A stretch of DNA of 64,000 nucleotides from Candidatus Bathyarchaeota archaeon (GTDB lineage Archaea > Thermoproteota > Bathyarchaeia > Bathyarchaeales > Bathycorpusculaceae), in contig CAVZJV010000014.1 of assembly GCA_963775685.1 (NCBI GenBank), forward strand, positions 1,696,001 through 1,760,000. The letters run 5' to 3'. A program made the translations under genes and the position numbers. Numbering within the stretch: the first letter of the stretch is position 1; every line of letters begins with the position of its first letter. The notes beneath the pieces were generated by a model. The model made no database searches. It saw nothing but the letters and a program-made list of their open reading frames with translations, and was not told the origin of the DNA. This document shows, piece after piece, positions 1 to 9,916 of this stretch.

Positions 1-103
1 GATATTCTTTTTTGGCTTCTTTAGCGATGTCTATGGCTTTCTCTGGTTTTCCATTTAGGAGCATAGTTTCCAGTATTTCTTGTTTAATAGACGATAAACT
101 CAT
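1..103 (-). CDS. Partial gene (N-terminus MSLSSIKQEILETMLLNGKPEKAIDIAKEAKKEY), probably a winged-helix protein; runs off the window edge
   Basis: Manual translation; ATG at 103 preceded by GGTG; wHTH-like start. Confidence 0.6.
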   Translation of the reverse strand, partial: MSLSSIKQEILETMLLNGKPEKAIDIAKEAKKEY

Positions 104-269
104 TTTGAGCACCTTACTTTTAGTCTATATAAAATGAAGCTAATCAAACTTTTCCCCAAATTTTCCGCTTTCACTAACAGTTTAGATGGGCTCCAAGTAG
201 TGATCGCAGATAAGTAAAGCTTTAGTACGGTGATTCATATGCTAAATACCAAATGGGTGACTGAAAGAC

Positions 270-1521
270 ATGAAGATCGCTGTTTTTGTCTACGAATACC
301 CGCCAAAAATCGTCGGCGGACTAGGAACGTACGCTGCAGAGATTACCCGCAAATTTGTCTTAAACGACCACGATGTAACCGTCTTCACCATGAATGATGA
401 TGAGGGTTCGCTACCGACTCGAGAAATTTGGCGTGGCATAGAAATCCATCGTCCCCTCCACATAGATGTTTCCGATTCGTTACCCGATGTAATCGCTGAG
501 GACATAAGAAAATGGGGGCGAGGCATTCACTTGTTCGGCAAATTGATGGTCTACAATTATCTGTCAGCGGCAAAGCTGGTTAACGAACTTATCAAAAAAG
601 AAGGCATGAAATACGATGTTGTTGTGGCGCACGATTGGCTCTCAGCTATGGGAGGAATCACAGTTAAACGCGAAACAGGGTTGCCTTTGGCTTTCCATGT
701 CCACTCTACTGAGAAGGGCAGAACGTTAGGGAATGGTTCAAGTGTTGTTAGTAACATCGAGTTAAGGGCTGGCAAGATGGCGGATATGGTTGTCACGGTC
801 TCTTACGCCATGAAAGATGAGCTGGTTCAGCTGGGTTTTCCCAAAGAGAAGATTCAAGTTAGCTACAACGGAGTTGACCCCCAAAAGTACAAGCCTGAAA
901 ACGTGTCTAAGGAAAATATTCAGAAAACTAGGGCAAAATATGGCATTAAAGATGACGAGTTTATGATTCTTTTCCTCGGACGTCTAGTATTGGTTAAAGG
1001 CGTTGACAAGTTGATCCTGGCTATGCCTCACATCATCGCCAAGATGCCTAAAGTTAAATTGGTAGTCGTTGGCGTTGGCGACTTACAAGAATATTTAAGC
1101 AACCTTACTCGTATGACAAAACTGGATGAATACGTCAAATTCTGCTTCGACTTCATCCCAGAAGAAGAAAGAATCCAACATTACGCGGCCTGCGATATAG
1201 CAGTGTTTCCAAGCCAGTATGAACCCTTTGGGATAGTTGCAATCGAAGCCATGGCAATGGAGAAACCAGTCGTGGTCGGCGCTTCTGGAGTCAGCGGAAT
1301 GCGGGAAATAGTGATTTGCTGTGGAGAAGAGCAATGTGGATACCACATAGACCCCAACAATCCCTCAGACATCGCATGGGGAGTAATCAGCGCATTGGAA
1401 AACCCTGCGAGACGAAAAATGTCTGGGCAAGAACGGCAGAAAACGCGTCTTGGCAGAGTTCACATGGAACAAAATAGCCGAGAAAACCATTGAACTCTAT
1501 GAAACAATCGCTAAACGGTAA
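270..1521 (+). CDS. GT4 glycosyltransferase (glycogen synthase-like), +1 frameshift in the A5 run at 1415-1419
   Basis: EYPP..GGLG, HDW and EPFGIVAIEAMA motifs; the natural C-terminus LGKNGRKRVLAEFTWNKIAEKTIELYE continues in the next frame to TAA 1519-1521. Confidence 0.9.
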
Positions 1522-1526
1522 ACCCT

Positions 1527-2141
1527 TTGTCTGACGACTTTGATTTAAAGTACAGAGTCACAAGAGAAGCCGCCACGCTCATATATTTTGGGGCTGAAAA
1601 AGAGTACAAGCAGGCTAAGCGGAAGGCAGCTCAGGTTTTTGGGGCTCATTTTTTGCCCTCTAACCTCGAAGTTGCCCTGGAACTTGACAAGATTTCTGAG
1701 GAAAACGAGGGCGCAAAGAGAAAAGAAAGCTTAGTGCAAATGCGTAAAGAAGCATTGGAAGTGATGAGGCTTTTAGCCAAGTTTTGCCCTGTTTTAATTG
1801 GCAGCGTTTGGCGAGGCACAATTAGGCGTGGAAGCGACATCGACATTGCCGTTTACTCCGACGACGCGGAAGAAATCCTAATAATCCTAAAATCTGCCTG
1901 TGTAAAAGTTTCGAAAACAGCGTGGGCTACCGTTAACAAGCGTGGAACAACTCTTTCGTCATTCCATATTTACGCCGAAACCGCATCTAAACATGCGCTG
2001 GAAATCGTTGCTCGCTGCCAAGAGGAAGCAGGGAAAAAAAGGAAATGTGAAACGTTCGGCGACGAACTTAAAGGCTTAAACATTAAAGAACTTGAAAGAG
2101 TCCTCGAATCCAACCCGACTCAACAGTTCATCCCATCATAA
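1527..2141 (+). CDS. Pol-beta-superfamily nucleotidyltransferase domain protein
   Basis: GSVWRG...SDIDIAV motif. Confidence 0.8.
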   Translation: MSDDFDLKYRVTREAATLIYFGAEKEYKQAKRKAAQVFGAHFLPSNLEVALELDKISEENEGAKRKESLVQMRKEALEVMRLLAKFCPVLIGSVWRGTIRRGSDIDIAVYSDDAEEILIILKSACVKVSKTAWATVNKRGTTLSSFHIYAETASKHALEIVARCQEEAGKKRKCETFGDELKGLNIKELERVLESNPTQQFIPS

Positions 2142-2221
2142 TTCTCTCTGAAAAACATTTTTTTCTTCAAAAAAGAAAATAAATGACGCGTTCAAATATT
2201 ATTTTTGTACACTGATGCAAG

Positions 2222-2626
2222 ATGGCAACAGATAAAAAATCCATCAAAAAAATATTTCCACATCTCTACGAAGAGCTTGAATCTGGAGAAGTCAAGGTTC
2301 CAATTAACGCTGTACGGAAAAACACCTTGGAAGCAGAGGAAGAGGTCACTGAAGAGGGGAAACATGAAGATTGCACAGAAGAAGAGTTTGTTTGCAGTGA
2401 GACGCCTGATAAATTACGACATTTTAACCCTTCAGCCGTAGATTTTATTCGTCGTTGCGATACAGAAGCCCAAGCAGAGGAAATCATCGTTTACTTAGAA
2501 AAGAAGGGCGAAATAACTAAAGAAAATGCTAAGGACATGCGGTGCCAACTCATAAGGGATGGCGTAAGGAGCTTCGGCCCCAAAAAAGAAGAGTACCATT
2601 ACTTCAAAGAAGGCGGCCTTTATTAA
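2222..2626 (+). CDS. DUF2095-like conserved archaeal protein
   Basis: FPHLYEELE, P.AVDFIRRC, GVRSFG.KKE motifs. Confidence 0.75.
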   Translation: MATDKKSIKKIFPHLYEELESGEVKVPINAVRKNTLEAEEEVTEEGKHEDCTEEEFVCSETPDKLRHFNPSAVDFIRRCDTEAQAEEIIVYLEKKGEITKENAKDMRCQLIRDGVRSFGPKKEEYHYFKEGGLY

Positions 2627-2793
2627 GCCATCTTTAACCTTTCTATATTAAAAACCCTATTTTTGCCTTTGACAAGGGAGCTATAGGTTTTTCTGGGCAA
2701 TTGAGTTCGCGTTAACTAAGACCTGCTTTTTGGTCGGAAAATTAATAAAGTTAGAGTGGCTTGTTACAGTTTTACAGGTATAGGTGAATTGTT

Positions 2794-3816
2794 ATGGCGA
2801 ATATAAAAGTTGGAATCAATGGTTTTGGAAGGATCGGAAGACTTCTCTACCGAGCAGCCATCGAAAAGAACGCAAATATTGATTTTGTGGCCATCAACGA
2901 CTTGGCAGATGCAAAAACAAACGCTCACTTGCTCAAATACGACTCAGTTCACGGACGCTTTCCAGGAACTGTTGAAGTCAAAGGCAACGACCTAGTTGTC
3001 AATGGAAAAGACCTCAAATGCCTCAGCATGAGAGACCCAGCGCAACTTCCATGGAAAGATCTAGGAGTTTATTTAGCCGTTGAGTCAACAGGCTTATTTA
3101 CCAACCGTGAAGGCGCAACCAAGCACCTCATTGCGGGAGCCCAAAAAGTCTTAATCAGTGCCCCAGCCACCGACCCGGATGCAACCTTCGTTTTAGGTGT
3201 TAATGACACTACATACGATCACGACAAACATAATATTCTCTCAAACGCCAGTTGCACAACTAACTGCCTAGCCCCCGTCAGCAAAGTCTTATCCGACAGC
3301 TTCGGACTCGAAAAAGCACTCATGACAACATGCCACAGCTACACAAATGACCAACGCATCCAAGATGTCGTGCACAAAGATCCCCGCAGAGCAAGAGCAG
3401 CAGCCATAAACATCATTCCAACAAGCACAGGCGCTGCAAAAGCAATCGGGTTAGTTCTGCCAAGCTGCGCAGGAAAAATGAACGGCTATTCTCTACGAGT
3501 CCCAACGCCAGACGTATCCATCGTTGACCTAACTGCAATATTAGGTAAAGAAGTCACCAAAGAAGAAATAAACGCAGCCATGAAACAAGCCGCTCAAGGC
3601 CCTCTAAAAGGTATACTCGAATACATCGAAGACCCAATTGTCTCAACCGACGTTCTCCACAGCACAGCTTCAGCAGTCCTCGACTCACAATTAACCATGG
3701 TTCTAGGCGAGAAGAGCAATTTCGTGAAGGTCTTTGCATGGTACGACAACGAATGGGGCTTTAGCAACCGCATGGTTGATTTCATCGAAATGATTGGCAA
3801 AAAAGCCAACCTCTAA
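2794..3816 (+). CDS. gap: Type I (bacterial-type) glyceraldehyde-3-phosphate dehydrogenase
   Basis: [18 protein letters not shown] active site, WYDNEWG. Confidence 0.97.
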   Translation: MANIKVGINGFGRIGRLLYRAAIEKNANIDFVAINDLADAKTNAHLLKYDSVHGRFPGTVEVKGNDLVVNGKDLKCLSMRDPAQLPWKDLGVYLAVESTGLFTNREGATKHLIAGAQKVLISAPATDPDATFVLGVNDTTYDHDKHNILSNASCTTNCLAPVSKVLSDSFGLEKALMTTCHSYTNDQRIQDVVHKDPRRARAAAINIIPTSTGAAKAIGLVLPSCAGKMNGYSLRVPTPDVSIVDLTAILGKEVTKEEINAAMKQAAQGPLKGILEYIEDPIVSTDVLHSTASAVLDSQLTMVLGEKSNFVKVFAWYDNEWGFSNRMVDFIEMIGKKANL

Positions 3817-3888
3817 TACACCCTCAAACAAACTTAAATCCATCCTTTCTTTTCCTTTTTTAAAATAAAAAGTGAAGGCGTATGTGTT

Positions 3889-5121
3889 ATGGGAAAGTAC
3901 AAAACTTTGGATGATTTTGACGTTAAGAACAAAGTTGTTCTTGTCAGAGTGGATTTTAACTCGGAAATAGACCCGCAAACCAAGAAGGTAAACAGCGATG
4001 TGCGGATTAGGGCACATGCGGAATCAACGCTCACAGAGTTAGCTGAGAAAGGTGCCAAAACCGTTGTTCTTGCGCATCAAGGCAGAAAAGGCGATCCAGA
4101 TTACACACCTCTAAAGGAGCATGCAGAAATTCTGTCGAAAATCCTCAAATGCCCGGTAAAATATGTTGACGATGTCTTCGGCGATAAAGCCAAAACCGCC
4201 ATAAAAGACCTCAAAGGTGGAGAAATCCTTGTTTTGGAGAACGTGCGTAGCTGGGATAGAGAAACAAAAAGTTCAACACCTGAAGAAGCAAGCAAAACCG
4301 AACTAGTGCAGAACCTTGCGCCATTAGCCGATTTGTTTGTTAACGATGCTTTTGCAGCAGCGCATCGAGGCCACGTCAGCATGGTTGGCTTCACTGCAGT
4401 TTTGCCTTCAGCCGCTGGTCGCATAATGGAACGTGAATTAACCTCGCTCAGCAAAGCTTTAGAGAAGCCAGAAAAACCATCGGTTTACGTTATGGGTGGA
4501 GCAAAAGCCGACGACAGTTTAGAAATCAGTAAATACGTTTTAAGCAAAGGCATCGCAGACTCCGTTCTTACAGGTGGAGTAACGGGACAATTGTTCTTGG
4601 CAGCCAAAGGCGTTGATTTGGGCAAGGGAAACATGATGTTTCTGGAAAAGAAGGAGTTGACAGGGTTGATTCCCGGCATAAAAGCGTTAGAAGCGCAGTT
4701 CGGCGACAAAGTTATGGTCCCATCAGACATTGCATTAGACATGAATGGCAAACGTATAGAACTCCCAGTTAGCAAACTTCCCACCGAAAACTCGATTCTG
4801 GACATCGGCGCCAAAACCGTTGAAGCCTATGCAAAAATCATCTCGTCAGCCAAATCAATCGTAGTCAGCGGACCAATGGGAGTCTACGAAGACAAAGAAT
4901 TCAACTACGGCACCAAAAAAGTGTTTGAAGCCATCGCAAACAGCGAAGCCTTCAGTCTTGCAGGAGGCGGAAATACCATAGCTGCCATCAAAGAGTACGG
5001 TTTAAACAAAAAAATAGGCTATATCAGCACTGCGGGCGGAGCGCTCATCGAATTCTTGATGGGCAAGAAGCTTCCAGGAGTTGTTGCACTGGAAAACGCG
5101 GTTCAAACCAAAAAAATCTAA
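3889..5121 (+). CDS. pgk: Phosphoglycerate kinase
   Basis: VRVDFN, LENVR, NDAFAAAHR, GGAKADD, STAGGA. Confidence 0.97.
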   Translation: MGKYKTLDDFDVKNKVVLVRVDFNSEIDPQTKKVNSDVRIRAHAESTLTELAEKGAKTVVLAHQGRKGDPDYTPLKEHAEILSKILKCPVKYVDDVFGDKAKTAIKDLKGGEILVLENVRSWDRETKSSTPEEASKTELVQNLAPLADLFVNDAFAAAHRGHVSMVGFTAVLPSAAGRIMERELTSLSKALEKPEKPSVYVMGGAKADDSLEISKYVLSKGIADSVLTGGVTGQLFLAAKGVDLGKGNMMFLEKKELTGLIPGIKALEAQFGDKVMVPSDIALDMNGKRIELPVSKLPTENSILDIGAKTVEAYAKIISSAKSIVVSGPMGVYEDKEFNYGTKKVFEAIANSEAFSLAGGGNTIAAIKEYGLNKKIGYISTAGGALIEFLMGKKLPGVVALENAVQTKKI

Positions 5122-5200
5122 TTTCCTTATCTTTTCTTTTGTTATCTTCGAGCTCAAATATAAATCAAAAAAGTTGGTTTCCAAAAGGTTTGTTTTTTGT

Positions 5201-5716
5201 TTAGTAGAGTTGTTTTCCACAGTTGGGGCAGAAACGTTCATTTGCTTGTACGATTCGTCCACATTGTGGACAAACACGAGTAGCTGATTGCTGTTGCGGC
5301 TCATCAGAAGTTTGTTGTGGTGGTGGACCATAGTATGGTTGTCGTGGTGGCCCATATTGTTTCTGAGGGGCTCCAACAAGAACAGGTGTGTAGATTAGTG
5401 TGAGAAGGCCTCCAACGAACCCGAGAAGGCCTCCAACGCCAAGGAGTGAGAATACGAGTATAAGTGCACCCCATTTTGTATGTTCCATTGGATTTGCCTT
5501 TAGATTGCGTGCGAAGATAATTACTAATGTCGAGGCTACGAACATCCAGATTCCTAAACCAGCGACACCAATGAAGCCTATTCCAAAAGTGAACACTCCA
5601 AGTAGTGCTCCGATGACGATTAGTACTATGCCCGCCAGTAAACCTATTATTGCGCCGATAATGGACAGCCAGTATGCTGCTGTTGGTTGGTTTTGAACTT
5701 GATTTTGCTGATACAT
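5201..5716 (-). CDS. Membrane protein with Pro/Gln linker and C-terminal zinc ribbon
   Basis: Several hydrophobic helices; CPQCG...FCPNCG. Confidence 0.8.
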   Translation of the reverse strand: MYQQNQVQNQPTAAYWLSIIGAIIGLLAGIVLIVIGALLGVFTFGIGFIGVAGLGIWMFVASTLVIIFARNLKANPMEHTKWGALILVFSLLGVGGLLGFVGGLLTLIYTPVLVGAPQKQYGPPRQPYYGPPPQQTSDEPQQQSATRVCPQCGRIVQANERFCPNCGKQLY

Positions 5717-5826
5717 TGTCCATTCTCCTAATTAGTCGCTTCTTTAGTTGAAGGGATATAAAAAATTTGTGATTACTTGGCCGCTTCAAAAAATTGTCCT
5801 CTTGGGCTATAATTTAAGCGCCAGGA

Positions 5827-6564
5827 TTAGAGGGAAAGAATTTGATTTAAACTCAGGCATATTGCAGTCAGATCTTTGGGCACTTGATTTGGTTCTTGTT
5901 TGCTTTCTTTTAAGTTTTTTAAGTTGTTGAATTGTGAGGGAACAAAAACGGTTCTTATTCCTGCTTGTTTGGCACCCTTGATGTCTTCGTTTGGACTGTC
6001 ACCGATGTAGACGGCTTCGTGTGCTTGAATCTGTAACTGGTTTAAGGCATACTCGAATATGTTGGAACTTGGTTTTCGCCAGCCCACTTCCTCAGAAACA
6101 ACAATCGTGTTGAAGAACTCGATTAAACGTAGCTTTCTGAGGCTTTTGTAGATGACTGGCGCGTGGGTAAAGTTTGAGATTAACGCCACCTTACATTGCC
6201 TTTTGGCTTGTTTAACCAGTTTTTTTGCGTTCTCTCGTAACTCAAGGGTATCTATGAAATCTTGAAAAAAAACATTCAAGGCAGCCTTAACACGGGCATC
6301 CTCCGCAGTCACCCCAAAACCTAAATTGCATAGTGTCTCAGCCACCCAAACAGCATTAGTAACCTCTCGCAGCTGGTCATAGCGTACTTTGCGGTATTTC
6401 TCATGTGATAAATCGTAGGCATCCAAGAACTTGTCTTTAGCTACATCAAATCCCTCGGCAACCAACGCCTTGTGGAGTTTTTGTTTTAAGACATCCATAG
6501 TGTAGTTTTTGCAGTTAACCAAGGTCCCGATGTAATCGAAGATTACGGCCTTACAAGACATCAT
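5827..6564 (-). CDS. HAD-superfamily hydrolase
   Basis: FDYIGTL, ISN, KP, GDS..EDI.GA motifs. Confidence 0.9.
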   Translation of the reverse strand: MMSCKAVIFDYIGTLVNCKNYTMDVLKQKLHKALVAEGFDVAKDKFLDAYDLSHEKYRKVRYDQLREVTNAVWVAETLCNLGFGVTAEDARVKAALNVFFQDFIDTLELRENAKKLVKQAKRQCKVALISNFTHAPVIYKSLRKLRLIEFFNTIVVSEEVGWRKPSSNIFEYALNQLQIQAHEAVYIGDSPNEDIKGAKQAGIRTVFVPSQFNNLKNLKESKQEPNQVPKDLTAICLSLNQILSL

Positions 6565-7304
6565 AGTTCACTTTTCGCCGATTTTTTGATTTTGGGCAAA
6601 CCTTCGCCGACAGATGTCTTCATCAGTTTCGTGGCGTTACCGATTGCAGCTTCCAACTTTGGGTCATAGGGAATTGAACCAAGATATTTCAACCCTAATT
6701 TTTCGGTTTCCACTTGCACGCAAGTTGATTTATCCATCTTCATGTTTTCTAAGACACCGATGACGGGCATCTTAAGTTCGCAGAGCAAAGATACCTGCTT
6801 TTTGACAACTTCGAAAGCCAAAAGTGACGGTGTCGTCACAATCAGAAACTCAATCCGCTTGACCAACCGCACCAAATCCAAAACCGCATCCCCGATGCCG
6901 GGCGGCATGTCAACTATTAAAAAATCCAATTTACCCCAAAGCGTTACGGTTAGCAACTCGATGAGGGCGTTTGAAACATCGTTTCCACGAAGCGGCGCAG
7001 GGTTATCTCCGACAAAGTAGACAAGCGACATATAAACTAAGCCCTCAAATGTTGGCGGAACAATGCCTTTGTCTTCTTTTGGCTGCAAGTTTGAGGGAAC
7101 TCCAAGGATTATGTGGGTTGATGGACCTGTGAAATCCAAGTCAAACAAGCCGACCCTGCAACCCTCCTTAGCAAGAGAGAGAGCCAACGCAGTGGCAACA
7201 ATGCTTTTGCCGACGCCGCCTTTGCCGCTTGAAACAACCACTATCCGTCCTATCCCAGCCAAACGTTGATTAATTACGCTTGTCCGCGGATCAATCATCA
7301 GCAT
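6561..7304 (-). CDS. hypB: Mrp/MinD-family ATPase, probably ATPase-type hydrogenase maturation factor HypB
   Basis: SGKGGVGKS, DMPPG, ENM; no C-terminal CxxC; overlaps hypA; resembles Thermococcales ATPase-type HypB (IDPR...PLRG..S.ALIELL). Confidence 0.75.
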   Translation of the reverse strand: MLMIDPRTSVINQRLAGIGRIVVVSSGKGGVGKSIVATALALSLAKEGCRVGLFDLDFTGPSTHIILGVPSNLQPKEDKGIVPPTFEGLVYMSLVYFVGDNPAPLRGNDVSNALIELLTVTLWGKLDFLIVDMPPGIGDAVLDLVRLVKRIEFLIVTTPSLLAFEVVKKQVSLLCELKMPVIGVLENMKMDKSTCVQVETEKLGLKYLGSIPYDPKLEAAIGNATKLMKTSVGEGLPKIKKSAKSEL

Positions 7305-7699
7305 TTAACCCCTTTCATGTCCTCCAGCCAAACGCCGCGTCCACTTGTGATTTCAAAATCTGGACTGCCACATTTTGGACACTTAACGTATGTATGTGCT
7401 GCCTCGGGAACAAAATGGATTGCTTCCGCAGTTGCTTTGTCGAGCTTTTTGAAGTTAAACTGCCACTTTCTGCCACATACTCTACATTTGAGCGTGGATT
7501 TAGCCTTCAAGATGCGGAATTTTGCTTTCTTGAAGGTGCCGGGTTTCATTTGGTTTAAAGCAAACCGCAAAATTGGTGGTTCAACCTGTTGAAGTTCACC
7601 GACTCTAATTGTGATTTCCGTAATTTCTTTAAGTTTTTCCTGTTCAGCAACTTGTTCTGCTGATTTTAGAATCGCTTCAGCTAATGCCCATTCATGCAT
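7298..7699 (-). CDS. hypA: Hydrogenase nickel incorporation protein HypA
   Basis: MHEWALA, CRVC...CPKCGS, GRGV. Confidence 0.95.
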   Translation of the reverse strand: MHEWALAEAILKSAEQVAEQEKLKEITEITIRVGELQQVEPPILRFALNQMKPGTFKKAKFRILKAKSTLKCRVCGRKWQFNFKKLDKATAEAIHFVPEAAHTYVKCPKCGSPDFEITSGRGVWLEDMKGVKC

Positions 7700-7899
7700 A
7701 AAGTAAACTTAGGCTTTAAGGAACATAAAAGAATATTGCACCAGCCAACATATTTTAACCCCAAGAGCCAATCAACGAAAAAACTAGTAAGGTTGATATC
7801 GTTACTGGCGATTTTCTCAAGAAGAAAAAATCAGTTTAATCTGGAGTAAACATGTTTAAATTCGCTTGGTTAATTCAATTTGTCTTGGTAGGTGTTTCT

Positions 7900-8466
7900 G
7901 TGGAACAAAAAATTAGGGTTCTGGCTTTTGCAGGAAGCTTAAGGAAGGACTCCTACAACAAAGCCTTAATCCGAGCCGCCGTTGAATTAGCGCCTGAAAA
8001 CGTAGCAATCGAAGTTTTTGATTTATATGGCATTCCGCCCTTCAACCAGGAATTTGAAGTTACTCCGCCTCAAATAGTTGCTGAGTTTAAGCAGAAAATC
8101 AGAAACGTCGATGCCCTCTTGATTGCGACCCCGGAATACAATTATTCGGTTCCAGGAGTTCTCAAAAACTCGATTGACTGGGCTTCAAGACCAAGAGCAG
8201 ATACACCTCTAGAAGGCAAACCTGTCGCCATCATGAGCGCCTCAATCGGAAGATTCGGTGGTGCCCGAGCCCAATATCATCTGCGTCAATCGTTCATTTT
8301 TCTTGACATGCATCCCGTTAACCGCCCTGAAATAATGCTGTCAGATGCAGCTCATAATGTCGATACTGAGGGAAAATTAACCAATGAGCAAACGCGCCAA
8401 CTAATTGTGCAGTTACTGGAGTCACTGGTGAATTGGACCTTAAAAGTTAAAGTAAAACCTCCATAG
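7900..8466 (+). CDS. NADPH-dependent FMN reductase (ChrR/SsuE flavodoxin-like)
   Basis: GSLRKDSYN, TPEYNYSVPGVLKNSIDW; GTG 7900 follows GGTG. Confidence 0.9.
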   Translation: MEQKIRVLAFAGSLRKDSYNKALIRAAVELAPENVAIEVFDLYGIPPFNQEFEVTPPQIVAEFKQKIRNVDALLIATPEYNYSVPGVLKNSIDWASRPRADTPLEGKPVAIMSASIGRFGGARAQYHLRQSFIFLDMHPVNRPEIMLSDAAHNVDTEGKLTNEQTRQLIVQLLESLVNWTLKVKVKPP

Positions 8467-8547
8467 ACTCATGATTCTAATGTTTTTTGGTTAACACAGC
8501 AAAGCCTTAAAATGGTTAATCTCTACGTAAGGTTTTGGGCGCCATAT

Positions 8548-9846
8548 ATGAGAGTCATAGCTGACCTTCACATCCACGGCAAATACAGCCGAGCCACAAG
8601 TGAACAGATGAGCATACTTGAAATCGCCAAATACGCAAAAATCAAAGGCTTAAGCCTCGTCGGCACAGGCGACTTCACCCATCCCCAGTGGCTAAAAGAA
8701 ATCAACGAAACACTTACACCTGAAGGTAACTCTGGACTTTTCAAATTAGCCAACGAAAATTCATCAGTGCGATTTATGTTGCAAACTGAAGTCTGCACAA
8801 TCTTTGCCTATAAAGGCGAATCAAAAAAAGTACACCATGTTATACTTACTCCGTGGCTTGAAACTGCCGAACAAATCAATGAACGACTTCAAAGTTTTGG
8901 TAGTTTGAGCTCCGATGGCAGACCTAACCTCAACGTCTCAGCACCCCAACTAGTCGAGCAGGTGATGGAGGTTTGTAGCAACAACATGGTTTTTCCTGCG
9001 CATGCTTGGACACCATGGTTTAGCATCTTTGGAGCATTTAGCGGCTTTAACACCGTTGAAGACTGTTACCAAGACATGACCAAACATATCCATGCGTTGG
9101 AAACGGGGTTGTCTTCTGACCCCCCGATGAATTGGCGCCTTAGCACACTTGACCGATACGCAATGGTTTCCAATAGCGACTGCCATAGTTTTTGGCCTTG
9201 GCGCATCGGCAGAGAAGCCAACGTTTTTGAACTTGAGAAATTCGCCTACAAGAACGTCACGGACGCCATTGTCGCCAACGATTCTGCCCACTTCAAGTTC
9301 ACCATAGAAACCGATCCTGCATACGGGAAATACCACTGGACAGGACACCGCAACTGCAAAGTCTCCCTCTCACCAGCCGATGCCATAAAATTCGGTAACG
9401 TCTGCCCAGTTTGCCGCCGAAAACTCACCAAGGGCGTTGAGCAACGAGTTGAGGAACTCGCGGATAGACCAGCCGATTTTAAGCGTACGGGCGCCCCCGG
9501 ATTTTTGCGTTTGCTTCCGCTTTCTGAAATCATCGCAACAGTGCTTGGAACTGATTCTCCTTCGACGCAGGCGGTTTGGAAAAAATACAATGCACTGATT
9601 GAGAAATTTAGTGACGAATACAAGGTGCTGATTGATGCACCGTTAGATGCACTTGTTCAAGTGGTGGATACGCCCATTGCACAGGCAATTCTCAAAGTTA
9701 GAGATGGTACTGCAAAGGTTACGCCTGGGTATGACGGGGTGTATGGGCAACTGGTTTTAGGAGTCGATGTGCCGCCACCAATAAAGCTTAAACCCAAGCT
9801 GGTTCAGCCAACAGTTAAACAGAAAAGCATGAGCGACTTCTGGTAA
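8548..9846 (+). CDS. endoQ: Endonuclease Q (PHP domain + zinc finger)
   Basis: DLHIHGKYSRATS, GTGDFTHP, PAHAWTPW, SNSDCHS, GKYH..GHR.C, CPVC, PGYDGVYG. Confidence 0.9.
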   Translation: MRVIADLHIHGKYSRATSEQMSILEIAKYAKIKGLSLVGTGDFTHPQWLKEINETLTPEGNSGLFKLANENSSVRFMLQTEVCTIFAYKGESKKVHHVILTPWLETAEQINERLQSFGSLSSDGRPNLNVSAPQLVEQVMEVCSNNMVFPAHAWTPWFSIFGAFSGFNTVEDCYQDMTKHIHALETGLSSDPPMNWRLSTLDRYAMVSNSDCHSFWPWRIGREANVFELEKFAYKNVTDAIVANDSAHFKFTIETDPAYGKYHWTGHRNCKVSLSPADAIKFGNVCPVCRRKLTKGVEQRVEELADRPADFKRTGAPGFLRLLPLSEIIATVLGTDSPSTQAVWKKYNALIEKFSDEYKVLIDAPLDALVQVVDTPIAQAILKVRDGTAKVTPGYDGVYGQLVLGVDVPPPIKLKPKLVQPTVKQKSMSDFW

Positions 9847-9916
9847 GCCCGAACAAAACGGTTTAATTATCCAAATAATTCTAGATAAACGTTAACCCAT
9901 CAAAGGACAGATAACC

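Noticed and set aside
1527-2626. MNT-HEPN toxin-antitoxin or CBASS cyclase pair
   Set aside because: The neighbour is DUF2095-like with no HEPN RxxxxH context or effector features
5402-5438. 21-nt-period tandem repeat GAGAAGGCCTCCAACG
   Set aside because: Encodes the repeated VGGLL within a TM segment; an ordinary coding duplication
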